This document shows positions 1-9,223 of a DNA stretch of 38,853 nucleotides, in pieces. The position numbers and the translations under genes were made by a program. The DNA is from Candidatus Colicola coprequi (GTDB taxonomy: Bacteria; Bacteroidota; Bacteroidia; Bacteroidales; Paludibacteraceae): assembly GCA_018065765.1 (NCBI GenBank), contig JAGHSR010000070.1:1-38853 (forward strand). Direction: 5' to 3'. The notes beneath the pieces are model-generated. The model was not told the DNA's origin and ran no database searches. It saw nothing but the letters and a program-made list of their open reading frames with translations. Every line of letters begins with the position of its first letter. Within the stretch, counting starts at the first letter, position 1.

Positions 1-194
1 CCCACTATCTCTCCACCTTCGCTCAGTACCCCCTTAGCCAGCTCGCCCATCAGCCCGATGCCACCATCGCCATACACTACTCGAATAGACTCTTTGGCAG
101 CCAACTGCCCCAGACGAAAAGCCTCTGCACAGTAGATAGACTTACTCTGATTGGACGAGGCACAATAAACAGCTATTGACCGAATTTTATTCAT
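1..194 (-). CDS. LOG family protein (TIGR00730-type), N-terminal 64 codons only; the gene continues past the window start
   Basis: The reverse complement of 1-194 reads MNKIRSIAVYCASSNQSKSIYCAEAFRLGQLAAKESIRVVYGDGGIGLMGELAKGVLSEGGEIV. This carries the VYGxGxxGLMG N-terminal signature of LOG proteins. The ATG is at 194-192. The ORF is cut by the window edge, so it is absent from the ORF track. Confidence 0.7.
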   Translation of the reverse strand, partial: MNKIRSIAVYCASSNQSKSIYCAEAFRLGQLAAKESIRVVYGDGGIGLMGELAKGVLSEGGEIV

Positions 195-222
195 AAAATT
201 CTTGATACTTGAAAAAAGCCTG

Positions 223-230
223 CAAAATTA
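223..230 (-). promoter_or_regulatory. Bacteroidetes sigma-A -7 box (TAATTTTG on the minus strand) for the LOG gene
   Basis: caaaatta at 223-230 is the reverse complement of TAATTTTG, which matches TAnnTTTG. It lies 29 nt upstream of the ATG at 194. Confidence 0.5.
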
Positions 231-272
231 CAAAAAAATTCTGATATATTTTGTGTTTTTTAAAAAAAATTG

Positions 273-280
273 TAATTTTG
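273..280 (+). promoter_or_regulatory. Bacteroidetes sigma-A -7 box (TAATTTTG) for the GNAT-like gene
   Basis: TAATTTTG at 273-280 lies 27 nt upstream of the ATG at 308. It is part of a perfect 13-bp inverted repeat with 221-233. Confidence 0.5.
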
Positions 281-307
281 CACCCCAAAACGAGTAAAAC
301 ATTAATT

Positions 308-1441
308 ATGGCTATCGAAATTCGTGAAGTAAACACCCGACGAGAGATACGTCGTTTTATCCGGTTTGCCAATGACCTATATCGGGATTGTCCCAATTAT
401 TGCCCTCCATTGTTCCTCGATGAGATGAACGCATTCAACGACAAAGCCAATCCCGCTTTAAGTGTTTGTGAGAAGCAACTTTTTATGGCCTACCGCGACG
501 GTAAGCCTGTGGGACGTATTGCAGCTATCATCAACCACCGAGCCAATTCTGCATGGAACTGCAAAAGAGTGCGTTTTGGATGGATGGACTTTATAGACGA
601 CACTGCTGTCAGTCGTGCTCTTCTGGACAAGGTAGTCGAATGGGGCAAAGCACGTGGTATGACCGAGATGAATGGACCGGTTGGTTTCACCGATTGGGAT
701 CATGAGGGCTTGCTCATTGAGGGTTACGAGTACTTGGCTCCACTGGCTTCTCTATACAACTACCCCTATTACATCCACCACATGGAGGAGTATGGCTTGG
801 CCAAAGAAACAGACTGGATTGAGTTCCAGCTCGTTCCACCAACGGAGATTCCGGAACGGTTTAAACGCCTAAACGATATTGTCACCCAACGGAGCCACGT
901 TCACGTGGATAAGGTTCGTTCTGCCAAAGAACTCAAGCGCAAATACGGGTTGGAATATATGGACGTGTTGGATGCTGCATATCAAAAACTGTATAACTAT
1001 CAACCCATGACGCAACGTCAGAAGGAATACTATTGCAACTATTATTTCCCTCTGCTTAATTTTGATTTCGTTAGTGTTGTGGTCAACGACAAGAACGAAG
1101 TGGTCGGTGTGGGAGTTGGCATGCCAAATATTTCCGAAGCAGTCAAAAAATGTGGCGGAAAGCTTTTCCCCTTCGGATGGTGGCGCATACTGAAGATGCT
1201 TCGCGCTAAGCAAATTGAACACTTCGATCTATTGCTTATAGGTGTCCGTCCGGATTACCAAGGCAAAGGTATCAACAGCGTCATTTTTGCAGATATGATT
1301 CCGTATTTCATTCAATATGGTATCAAACGAGTTGAGACGACCTCTATTTTGGAAACCAATTCGCTCAATATAGCCAATTTTGTGTATTTTGAGGGTAAAC
1401 AGCACAAGCGTCGCCGTGCCTACATCAAATCTATTGAATAA
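308..1441 (+). CDS. Uncharacterised GNAT-superfamily-like acyltransferase (about 377 aa)
   Basis: This is ORF 251-1441 trimmed to the ATG at 308 (MAIEIREV...), because the -7 box lies inside the TTG-initiated extension. The C-terminal part (LLLIGVRPDYQGKGINSVIFADM) resembles the acetyl-CoA-binding Q/RxxGxG/A motif of GNAT enzymes. The family assignment was made by eye only. Confidence 0.55.
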   Translation: MAIEIREVNTRREIRRFIRFANDLYRDCPNYCPPLFLDEMNAFNDKANPALSVCEKQLFMAYRDGKPVGRIAAIINHRANSAWNCKRVRFGWMDFIDDTAVSRALLDKVVEWGKARGMTEMNGPVGFTDWDHEGLLIEGYEYLAPLASLYNYPYYIHHMEEYGLAKETDWIEFQLVPPTEIPERFKRLNDIVTQRSHVHVDKVRSAKELKRKYGLEYMDVLDAAYQKLYNYQPMTQRQKEYYCNYYFPLLNFDFVSVVVNDKNEVVGVGVGMPNISEAVKKCGGKLFPFGWWRILKMLRAKQIEHFDLLLIGVRPDYQGKGINSVIFADMIPYFIQYGIKRVETTSILETNSLNIANFVYFEGKQHKRRRAYIKSIE

Positions 1442-1446
1442 CTTAG

Positions 1447-1914
1447 ATGCACACTATAGAAAACGACATATATTCTCATTCGTTAGCATTGTACGAGCAA
1501 TATGTAGTGCAGCATAGGTTACGCCACACTCCCGAACGGATAGCCGTGTTGGAATTGGCGTGCACTCATGGTAGTGGTTTTTTTGCAGACGAGTTGTGCA
1601 AGGAACTGCAATCTCGCTTTATCAGCAAAGCCACGGTGTATAACACCCTCAGTCTGTTTGCCGAAGCAGGCATTTTGTTCTGTTTGCGCAATCAAACCGA
1701 TAGCAAGCGCATTCGGTATGAGTTCGTAGCAGAAAACAAGCACCACATCCAGATCATTTGCCCTCAATGCGGACGGCTGGCTGAGATCAAAGATCAAATG
1801 ATGATTGATGCTGTCATGGCGAAGGCTATACCTAATTTCGTGTCGGACCATATATCGCTGTATATCTATGGTCATTGCAAGAAGTGTCGACGACCGATTA
1901 AGAAGAAAAAATAA
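1447..1914 (+). CDS. Fur family transcriptional regulator
   Basis: The 155-aa product has an N-terminal winged-helix-like segment, then HHIQIICPQCG and HCKKC. These are the paired CxxC metal sites typical of Fur/Zur/PerR proteins. It lies 5 nt downstream of the GNAT-like gene. Confidence 0.7.
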   Translation: MHTIENDIYSHSLALYEQYVVQHRLRHTPERIAVLELACTHGSGFFADELCKELQSRFISKATVYNTLSLFAEAGILFCLRNQTDSKRIRYEFVAENKHHIQIICPQCGRLAEIKDQMMIDAVMAKAIPNFVSDHISLYIYGHCKKCRRPIKKKK

Positions 1915-1943
1915 TCATATTGGCGGCTTACGCCATCCATTTG

Positions 1944-2017
1944 GGCCCCGTAGCTTAGTTGAATAGAGTGTCAGATTCCGGTTCTGAAGGTCCTGGGTTT
2001 GAGTCCCAGCGGGGTCA
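1944..2017 (+). tRNA. tRNA-Arg (anticodon CCG), 74 nt, CCA not encoded
   Basis: Hand-folded cloverleaf. The acceptor stem is GGCCCCG/CGGGGTC. The anticodon stem is TCAGA/TCTGA with loop TTCCGGT, giving anticodon CCG at 1978-1980. The T stem is CTGGG/CCCAG. U8, A14, G18, A20 (an ArgRS identity element), A21, U33 and discriminator A73 are all present. Confidence 0.85.
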
Positions 2018-2018
2018 C

Positions 2019-2052
2019 AAAAAAGTGGATTCTCAACGAACCCACTTTTTTT
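2019..2052. terminator. Bidirectional intrinsic terminator between the tRNA-Arg gene and the convergent DUF4270 gene
   Basis: The hairpin is AGTGGATTC-TCAAC-GAACCCACT (2024-2046; 9 positions with one mismatch). It has an A-run on its 5' side and a T-run on its 3' side. Confidence 0.6.
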
Positions 2053-2068
2053 ATATTTTTTCGATTAT

Positions 2069-3514
2069 TTATTTGACAATAATGTCGGAGAAGCCGGAGT
2101 AAACGACCTCAATATCGATGGGTTGTTTTGTGTTTTGTGAACTACGTATTTTGGTTGCAGTCACAGTTTGTTCTAACTTAACTGCTGACACGTAGCTGGA
2201 AGATGTGCTATTGGTCATTTCTACATGCACCGGCAGCAACACCATCTTCAGTGTGTCTGACACATTGGTGGTATCGCGTTGTTCCATCATCAGCAACGTG
2301 GACATATCGAACGAATAGATATATTCGTATTTGTCGCTATCGTTGAGTGTAGGTATCAATTGACTGTACATAGCATAGGTGTCGTCCGGCAACTTCCCGT
2401 AGCGGAAGAAGTTTGCCAACGAGTCTTGCTTGATTAGCATCATCGTTTCGGCGGGGGTACTCCAATCATCCTGCATGTTGTTTTTTTCGCTTTCACCATT
2501 CAGCACATTGATAGTCAGATTAGCCAAATTGATGTAGGGTCTTTTATTCCCTACTCCGGCTTGTATGCGTTCACGAATTTGTTTGATCGGGATGTTAAGT
2601 TGAGTGTAGAGACCGGCAGGTGAAATGACATAATTAACATTGGTATCTGCTTGTAGCGTGGATAGCAAGGCGTCATGGTCGATGTATTCGTATCGATTCA
2701 CCTGTCGCACCTCGTTGTTGGCATACAGGTACTTGGTGTCCTTAAAAGTCTCATACGTATTGGTAGCTGCGTCAGCCAGTACGGTGTAGTGGTAGCATAT
2801 TTCCAGACTGATATCGAACACATACAAAGCGGTTGAGCCACCGTAGTTGGACGTGATATACAGTCCTTTGAACAAGTTGGAGAAAGCTTCTTGGGAAGAA
2901 AAGTCACGAATGGAAAATAACTTTTGGGCAAAACGATCCGTCATACGGAATTGGAGATAGGGCAAATAGGAAGCTGATGCGTCATAGTAGATGGAGTCCA
3001 CCGGTTGCGAAGCCACCACCAGTCTATCTTTCACATTGGCGCGCAGTGATTCGTCCATGCTGCAAAAGCGCTCCACCGGTACATCGCTGGCGTAGGTACT
3101 ATCATAATTGAGTGTCTCCCCGTCCATTTCATAGATAGTGATACCTAATGGTGTATTGCCATCGCCATGCCAACTGCGGTAAAACAGAATCAATCTGACC
3201 GAATCCAGCACTGACGAATCCGGATACGTCCAATTGTTTGGGCAGGCAAACTGCGCCAATATGTCAGCCTTGATTGTCCCTAAATGTGGGCGGCTGCATT
3301 CGCCTAACAGGAACGAGTCAGGTGTAAAAACGATGGGTGTTGCCTTCACAATGGCTGAGTGGATGTTTCTCAGTGTATCGGCCTTCACTACTACATTTTC
3401 ACCATCTTTGAGTGCAGAAGCTCCAGCAGAAGGTGTATCATCTTTGCACGAGCTAATTCCCGTCAGCAGCCAGCAGAGAATTGCAAAAATCCAAATATTT
3501 GTTAACTTCTTCAT
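2069..3514 (-). CDS. DUF4270-like lipoprotein
   Basis: This is ORF 2069-3553 trimmed to MKKLTNIWIFAILCWLLTGISSCKDD, a lipoprotein signal with a Cys lipobox. The position downstream of the short glycogen synthase matches the DUF4270 / glycogen synthase / panC order I recall for Bacteroidales. Confidence 0.55.
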   Translation of the reverse strand: MKKLTNIWIFAILCWLLTGISSCKDDTPSAGASALKDGENVVVKADTLRNIHSAIVKATPIVFTPDSFLLGECSRPHLGTIKADILAQFACPNNWTYPDSSVLDSVRLILFYRSWHGDGNTPLGITIYEMDGETLNYDSTYASDVPVERFCSMDESLRANVKDRLVVASQPVDSIYYDASASYLPYLQFRMTDRFAQKLFSIRDFSSQEAFSNLFKGLYITSNYGGSTALYVFDISLEICYHYTVLADAATNTYETFKDTKYLYANNEVRQVNRYEYIDHDALLSTLQADTNVNYVISPAGLYTQLNIPIKQIRERIQAGVGNKRPYINLANLTINVLNGESEKNNMQDDWSTPAETMMLIKQDSLANFFRYGKLPDDTYAMYSQLIPTLNDSDKYEYIYSFDMSTLLMMEQRDTTNVSDTLKMVLLPVHVEMTNSTSSSYVSAVKLEQTVTATKIRSSQNTKQPIDIEVVYSGFSDIIVK

Positions 3515-4277
3515 TATCGTGTGGTAGGAGCGGTTTTCCGCTTGTTTCAGCATAGTTGAGCAATCGTTGATTCACGCCATCGGATGACACCACGATGGCA
3601 TCTGCGTAATCTATAGCCATTCGCATCAATTCCTCATAGCCGACAGGAAATCCGGCTATGCTTCTCACGTCGTTAAGTGTAATGGAGTCTGTCAACAGCT
3701 TGTGTGAGAACTGGGTTGGAAAGGCTTGTTTGTACTCCTCGTTATCCAGAGACAGGATCACTTTGGTTTTGGCAAAGAAAGGAGAGTCTCCAAATAACTT
3801 TTTCAGGTACAATGGTATCAAGGCAGCCATCCATCCCGAGCACCAGACGACATCGGGTGACCAGCGTAATTTATTGACTGTTTCGAGTACGCTCCGAGCA
3901 AAGAAGATACAACGTTCGTCATTGTCTGCATACTCTTTTCCTCCCTCGTCCACCAATCCACGTCGTCGTTGGAAGTAGTCTTCATTGTCTATAAAATAAA
4001 TTTGAATGCGAGCAGCCGGTATGCTGGTTACTTTGATGAGCAGAGGATGGTCGGTGTCTTCAATGATAATATTGATTCCACTTAGCCGTATCACCTCGTG
4101 CAATTGGTTTCGACGTTCGTTGATTTCCCCAAATTTCGGCATGAAAGTGCGGGTCTCGTAGCCGTTTGCTTGAAACAACTCAGGTAAGCGACGATTAAGC
4201 ATTCTTATTGGGGTTTCGTCCGCCAAATAAGGGTGTATCTCCTGCGAGATAAAAAGGATACGTTTTGGATCTTTCAT
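3453..4277 (-). CDS. Short glycogen/starch synthase-like protein (GT5 N-terminal-domain type, about 274 aa)
   Basis: KRILFISQEIHPYLADETPI resembles the N-terminus of GlgA-type synthases. The start is set at the ATG at 4277, because a -7 box at 4313-4320 occupies the start of the longer ORF-track version. Confidence 0.65.
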   Translation of the reverse strand: MKDPKRILFISQEIHPYLADETPIRMLNRRLPELFQANGYETRTFMPKFGEINERRNQLHEVIRLSGINIIIEDTDHPLLIKVTSIPAARIQIYFIDNEDYFQRRRGLVDEGGKEYADNDERCIFFARSVLETVNKLRWSPDVVWCSGWMAALIPLYLKKLFGDSPFFAKTKVILSLDNEEYKQAFPTQFSHKLLTDSITLNDVRSIAGFPVGYEELMRMAIDYADAIVVSSDGVNQRLLNYAETSGKPLLPHDNEEVNKYLDFCNSLLAADGN

Positions 4278-4312
4278 ACGTTCGTTTGGCCAGGATATAT
4301 CATTAGCCGCCA

Positions 4313-4320
4313 CAAAGGTA
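4313..4320 (-). promoter_or_regulatory. -7 box TACCTTTG (minus strand) for the glycogen synthase-like gene
   Basis: caaaggta at 4313-4320 lies 36 nt upstream of the ATG at 4277. Confidence 0.55.
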
Positions 4321-4383
4321 CGATTTTTTTTGGTTTTTCACAAAGATTTGCAAAAAAAATTTTCTTTTTCTAATTATTTGTTG

Positions 4384-4391
4384 TACTTTTG
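4384..4391 (+). promoter_or_regulatory. -7 box TACTTTTG for panC
   Basis: The sequence matches TAnnTTTG and lies 21 nt upstream of the ATG at 4413. Confidence 0.55.
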
Positions 4392-4412
4392 CACGTTTTT
4401 TCGACCTGAATA

Positions 4413-5267
4413 ATGCAAATTATCACTACGAAGCAAGAACTCCTCAGACAAGTTGAGGCTTGCAAAAGAAAAAATCTCACTATTGGTTTAGTTCCCACGA
4501 TGGGTGCTTTGCACGCAGGCCACGCGTCGCTTGTTAGGCGGTCTGTTTCCGAGAACGAAGTATGTTTTGTTTCGGTATTTGTCAACCCCACTCAATTCAA
4601 CAACAAAGAGGACTTAGTCAAGTACCCGCGCACTCTTGAAGCGGACGCAGACTTGTTGGCATCAATGGGGGTGCATTATGTTTTCGCTCCCACGCCGGAA
4701 GAGATGTACACGGTGGAAGAGATGCGCACCTCTTTTACTTTTGATTTTGATGGTCTTGACCGTGTGATGGAGGGTAAGATGCGTCCCGGTCACTTCAACG
4801 GAGTGGTTCAAGTGGTGAGTCGGCTTTTTTATCTCATTCGTCCGGACCGTGCTTACTTTGGTGAAAAGGATTACCAACAGTTAGCCATCATTCATTACAT
4901 GGTTGAGCGTTCCGAGCTGTGCGGTACGTTCGGTGACCTCAAGATTCAGGATTGTCCTATTGTGCGAGACACAAACGGTTTAGCACTCTCCAGTCGTAAT
5001 CAACGCCTCAATGAACAAGAGAAGGAGAGGGCTTTAGGTATTTCGCGCACATTGTTTGCATCTCTTGAGTGGGCTAAAACGATGTCGGTTGCTGAAGTTC
5101 AACAGCGAGTCATTGACACCATCAATAGCATTGCCGGGTTGGAAGTTGAGTACTACGAGATAGTTGATCAATCGACCCTGCTTCCTGTTTCAGATTTTTC
5201 TCACGCCATCGGATGTGTTACTGTCTATTGCGGTCCTGTCCGACTTATTGACAACATCAAGTATTGA
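4413..5267 (+). CDS. panC: Pantoate--beta-alanine ligase
   Basis: The 284-aa product carries PTMGALHAGHASLV, the HIGH-like signature of PanC, and its overall length fits. Confidence 0.93.
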   Translation: MQIITTKQELLRQVEACKRKNLTIGLVPTMGALHAGHASLVRRSVSENEVCFVSVFVNPTQFNNKEDLVKYPRTLEADADLLASMGVHYVFAPTPEEMYTVEEMRTSFTFDFDGLDRVMEGKMRPGHFNGVVQVVSRLFYLIRPDRAYFGEKDYQQLAIIHYMVERSELCGTFGDLKIQDCPIVRDTNGLALSSRNQRLNEQEKERALGISRTLFASLEWAKTMSVAEVQQRVIDTINSIAGLEVEYYEIVDQSTLLPVSDFSHAIGCVTVYCGPVRLIDNIKY

Positions 5268-6211
5268 CTGTTCTTATTGACAAATATATTCCTTTTTTAG
5301 GGGATGTTCTTGCACCATACGCGGATGTCATTCGCCTTGCTCCAGAGGAGTTCACTCCGGAGTTGGTGCGTGATGCGGATGCATTGTTTGTTCGTACCCG
5401 CACACGTTGTGATGAGCATTTGCTCGGTGGTTCCCGAGTACGTTTTATCGCCACTGCCACGATCGGTTTTGACCATATTGATACTGTTTATTGTCGCGCG
5501 CACGATATATATTATGTGTCCTGTCCGGGCTGCAATGCGCAGGCCGTATGTGACTACATCAAGGAGGCTCTTCGTACTCTTGATTATCTTCACTCCGGCG
5601 TCACGTTAGGGATAGTCGGTGTGGGTCATGTAGGTCAATTGGTGTCTAAGATGGCGGTTTCTCATGGTATGGATATTCTTCTCAACGACCCGCCCTTGGG
5701 TATTGGCATAGGTTTGGACGAGTTGGCATGTCGAAGTGACGTCATCACTTTTCACACCCCGCTTACTATGTCGGGTGCATACCGCACCTACCATCTTTGC
5801 GACGATGTTTTGCTTCGTCGTATGCGGGCGGGTGCATTGGTCATCAACGCTGCCCGAGGGGGGATAGTAGATGAGACAGCGTTGTTGTATAGTAGTCATC
5901 CGTACGTGATTGACTGTTGGGAGAACGAACCGAATATCAACACATCGTTGCTGTCTTCTCCGTCGTGTCAATTAGCCAGTTACCACATTGCCGGTTACTC
6001 CATGCAGGGTAAGTTGAAGGCATCGCAGATGTGTTTGGATGCTTTTTGCACGTATTTTTGTCTTCCTATTTTGAAAATTCAAAATAATGTTGTACCTTTG
6101 TCGGCTGAATTGGGAGATACTGCTTCGGGATGGCTCACTCGTATTACGTCCGCGTTGCGCTATGCTCCTCAGGATTTTGAGTTACTTCGTAAACAATACA
6201 AACTAAGATAA
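5264..6211 (+). CDS. pdxB: 4-phosphoerythronate dehydrogenase-like D-2-hydroxyacid dehydrogenase
   Basis: The NAD-binding motif is GIVGVGHVG. The catalytic-type residues are [15 protein letters not shown] and YHIAGYS. The N-terminus (IDKYIPFL...[18 protein letters not shown]) is PdxB-like. A TTG start at 5264 overlaps the panC stop. At 315 aa it is shorter than E. coli PdxB. Confidence 0.7.
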   Translation: MTVLIDKYIPFLGDVLAPYADVIRLAPEEFTPELVRDADALFVRTRTRCDEHLLGGSRVRFIATATIGFDHIDTVYCRAHDIYYVSCPGCNAQAVCDYIKEALRTLDYLHSGVTLGIVGVGHVGQLVSKMAVSHGMDILLNDPPLGIGIGLDELACRSDVITFHTPLTMSGAYRTYHLCDDVLLRRMRAGALVINAARGGIVDETALLYSSHPYVIDCWENEPNINTSLLSSPSCQLASYHIAGYSMQGKLKASQMCLDAFCTYFCLPILKIQNNVVPLSAELGDTASGWLTRITSALRYAPQDFELLRKQYKLR

Positions 6212-7701
6212 TGGCAAATTTTCAAAAACTCACCTCTCGTGCGGAGGATTATTCAAAATGGTATAATGAACTTGTTGTGAAAGCAGATTTGGCAGAGCAG
6301 TCTGCTGTTCGTGGTTGTATGGTCATCAAGCCCTACGGATATGCTATTTGGGAGACTATCCAAGCTGAATTGGACCGTCGTTTCAAGGAGCAAGGTGTCA
6401 AGAACGCATATTTTCCTCTGCTCATTCCTAAGTCTTTTCTTAGTCGTGAAGCAGAGCATGTGGAAGGTTTTGCCAAAGAGTGTGCTGTAGTGACGCACCA
6501 TCGTCTGATGAATGATCCCGAAGGAAAGGGTGTGGTAGTAGATCCGAATGCAAGACTCGAAGAGGAGCTCATCATTCGTCCCACCTCGGAGACCATCATT
6601 TGGTCAACCTACAAGAACTGGATTTCCTCTTATCGTGATTTGCCTATTCTTTGCAACCAATGGTGTAATGTCATGCGCTGGGAGATGCGCACGCGTCTCT
6701 TCCTTCGTACAGCAGAATTCCTGTGGCAAGAGGGGCATACTGCACACGCCACCAAAGAGGAGGCTGAAAACTATGCCAAAACCATGTTGGATGTCTATGC
6801 TGACTTTGCAGAGAACGTGATGGCTATTCCTGTTGTCAAGGGAGTCAAATCTCCCAACGAGCGTTTTGCCGGAGCACTCAACACCTATTGCATTGAAGCC
6901 ATGATGCAGGACGGTAAGGCTCTTCAAGCCGGTACAAGTCACTTTTTGGGTCAGAACTTCGCCAAGTCGTTTGATGTACAGTTCCTGAGTAAAGAAAACA
7001 AATATGAATATGTTTGGGCTACATCGTGGGGTGTTTCCACCCGTTTGATGGGTGCGCTTATCATGACCCACAGCGATGACAACGGATTGGTTTTGCCACC
7101 AGCCTTGGCTCCTATTCAGGTTGTTTTTGTACCTATTTTCAAGACACAGGAACAGCTTGATGCTCTTCTTGCCAAGATGAATCCTATTTTGGACAACCCC
7201 AAAAAAGCCGGTATCCGTATTAAGGTAGATATTTCCGACAAAGCTACACCCGGATTTAAGTTTGCCGGCTACGAGCTCAAGGGTGTACCTGTCCGTTTGG
7301 CTATGGGTGGCCGTGATTTGGAGAACGGCACTATCGAGATTGCCCGTCGTGATACGCTCACCAAGGAAACGATTGCTCTTGAAGGTATCGAACAGGTGAT
7401 ACTCAACCTGCTGCAGGAGATTCAGAAGAACTGCTACCAAAAAGCACTTGCTTACCGTATTGCCAATACACGTGAGTGCAATTCCTACGAGGAGTTTAAG
7501 GAGGAAATCAAGAAAGGTGGTTTTTTGCTTTGCCACTGGGACGGTACTCCCGAGACAGAAGAGAAGATTAAAGACGAGACGAAAGCCACCATCCGTTGTA
7601 TTCCGTTGGAAGCACTTCCCGGCTACAAAGAGGAACCCGGTTTCTGCATGGTGACTGGCAAACCGAGCGCCAAGCGCGTAGTCTTCGCCATTTCCTACTA
7701 A
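6211..7701 (+). CDS. proS: Proline--tRNA ligase (archaeal/eukaryote-like type common in Bacteroidetes)
   Basis: The 496-aa product starts ...[32 protein letters not shown]. It also has [13 protein letters not shown] and [10 protein letters not shown] class II motifs. Confidence 0.93.
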   Translation: MANFQKLTSRAEDYSKWYNELVVKADLAEQSAVRGCMVIKPYGYAIWETIQAELDRRFKEQGVKNAYFPLLIPKSFLSREAEHVEGFAKECAVVTHHRLMNDPEGKGVVVDPNARLEEELIIRPTSETIIWSTYKNWISSYRDLPILCNQWCNVMRWEMRTRLFLRTAEFLWQEGHTAHATKEEAENYAKTMLDVYADFAENVMAIPVVKGVKSPNERFAGALNTYCIEAMMQDGKALQAGTSHFLGQNFAKSFDVQFLSKENKYEYVWATSWGVSTRLMGALIMTHSDDNGLVLPPALAPIQVVFVPIFKTQEQLDALLAKMNPILDNPKKAGIRIKVDISDKATPGFKFAGYELKGVPVRLAMGGRDLENGTIEIARRDTLTKETIALEGIEQVILNLLQEIQKNCYQKALAYRIANTRECNSYEEFKEEIKKGGFLLCHWDGTPETEEKIKDETKATIRCIPLEALPGYKEEPGFCMVTGKPSAKRVVFAISY

Positions 7702-7728
7702 GCATTGTGCATTCTGCATCTTGCATTT
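7702..7728. repeat. Four degenerate tandem heptamers with a TGCAT core
   Basis: The sequence GCATTG TGCATTC TGCATCT TGCATTT follows directly after the proS stop codon. Confidence 0.5.
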
Positions 7729-7789
7729 TTCCCTTGCTCTATGAGGGAATGATGAATTGATAAACCGATTAATTTAAAAAATAATAGAC

Positions 7790-9223
7790 ATGGAAACAAA
7801 ATCATTAGGAAAAACTCGTACAGAGAGTGATTTGATTGGCGAACTGCAGATACCTGTAGAAGCGCTTTATGGTGTACAAACATTGCGTGGAATAGAAAAC
7901 TTCCCTATTTCAAAATTCAAACTGTGTGATTATCCCGCATTCATCAACGGATTGGCATACACCAAATTGGGTGCAGCGATGGCTAACCATGAATTGGGAC
8001 TCTTGACCGATCAACAATTTGACGGCATCAAACAGGCTTGTGAAGAAATACTGGCAGGCAAACATCACGAACAGTTCCCCGTAGATATGATACAAGGCGG
8101 AGCCGGCACAACGACCAACATGAATGCCAACGAAGTGATAGCCAACCGTGCTTTGCAAATAATGGGACATCAGCCTGGCGAATATACATACTGCTCCCCC
8201 AACGACCACGTCAACTGTTCGCAATCAACCAACGATGCCTACCCCGCTGCCATACACATGGGTTTGTACGCCACCCACTTGGAGTACATGAAGCATTATG
8301 AGGCTCTGATAGCTTCGCTGCGCAAAAAAGCTGAGGAGTTTAAGAACGTGCTGAAAATGGGACGTACTCAGTTGGAAGATGCCGTACCGATGACCTTGGG
8401 ACAGACGTTTGGCGCATTTGCTAACATTCTGCAAGATGAGGTTAAGCACCTCAACGATGCTGCCGAAGAGTTCCTAACCGTTAACATGGGAGCTACCGCT
8501 ATTGGTACAGGTATTTGTTCCGAACCCGGTTATGCCGAAAAGTGCGTCAAGGCAATGGCAAAAGTGACCGGCTGGAAAGTTGAGTTGGCACAAGACCTTG
8601 TAGCCGCTACGTCCGACACCAGTTGCATGGTGGGTTACTCAAGCGTATTGCGTCGTATAGCAACCAAGATGAATAAGATCTGTAACGACCTGCGTTTGCT
8701 CGGTTCAGGACCTAAATGCGGTTTGCACGAGATAGACCTGCCAGCCCGTCAACCGGGTAGTAGTATCATGCCTGGTAAGGTGAACCCCGTCATTCCCGAA
8801 GTGATGAATCAGATTAGTTACAAAGTGATTGGCAATGACTTGTGCGTAGCCATGTGCAACCAAGAGGCACAAATGGAACTTAATGCCATGGAGCCTACCA
8901 TGGCTCAGTGCTGCTTTGAGAGTGCAGAAATCATGATGAACGGCTTTGACGTACTGCGCAAGTACTGTATCGATGGTATCAAAGCCAACGAAGAGCGCTG
9001 CAGAAACTATATTACCGGATCCATCGGCATTGTTACCGCCCTCAATCCTATCATCGGTTACAAAAACTCCACCAAGATTGCCAAAGAAGCTATGGCAACA
9101 GGCAAAGGCGTGTATGAGTTGGTACTCGAACACGGCATTTTGAGCAAGGACGAGTTGGACACCATCCTCAGCCCGGAGAATATGATTAAACCCGTGAAAT
9201 TGAACATCAAACCCCGTCGATGA
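7790..9223 (+). CDS. aspA: Aspartate ammonia-lyase
   Basis: The 477-aa product has the [15 protein letters not shown] signature. The PVIPE tail is the aspartase version rather than the fumarase one. Confidence 0.85.
   Translation: METKSLGKTRTESDLIGELQIPVEALYGVQTLRGIENFPISKFKLCDYPAFINGLAYTKLGAAMANHELGLLTDQQFDGIKQACEEILAGKHHEQFPVDMIQGGAGTTTNMNANEVIANRALQIMGHQPGEYTYCSPNDHVNCSQSTNDAYPAAIHMGLYATHLEYMKHYEALIASLRKKAEEFKNVLKMGRTQLEDAVPMTLGQTFGAFANILQDEVKHLNDAAEEFLTVNMGATAIGTGICSEPGYAEKCVKAMAKVTGWKVELAQDLVAATSDTSCMVGYSSVLRRIATKMNKICNDLRLLGSGPKCGLHEIDLPARQPGSSIMPGKVNPVIPEVMNQISYKVIGNDLCVAMCNQEAQMELNAMEPTMAQCCFESAEIMMNGFDVLRKYCIDGIKANEERCRNYITGSIGIVTALNPIIGYKNSTKIAKEAMATGKGVYELVLEHGILSKDELDTILSPENMIKPVKLNIKPRR

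Noticed and set aside
251-307. The longer 5' extensions given by the ORF track: 251 for the GNAT-like gene, 3553, 4313, 12871, 13412, 16472, 16467, 32975 and 36751.
   Set aside because: At least two of them (251 and 16467) begin at a TTG codon rather than an ATG, and I did not check the start codon of the others. They run through predicted -7 promoter boxes or into the neighbouring gene, or they precede an internal ATG that yields a proper signal peptide or the canonical N-terminus.
6604-7719. A 371-aa ORF antisense to proS. It is striking in length and tempting in light of the sense/antisense aaRS-origin hypothesis.
   Set aside because: It lies in the codon-aligned antisense frame, since both frames start at coordinates congruent to 1 mod 3. 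Stops there would need only the sense codons TTA, CTA or TCA, which a well-expressed gene avoids. The translation is low-complexity with no recognisable motif, and proS fully explains the region.
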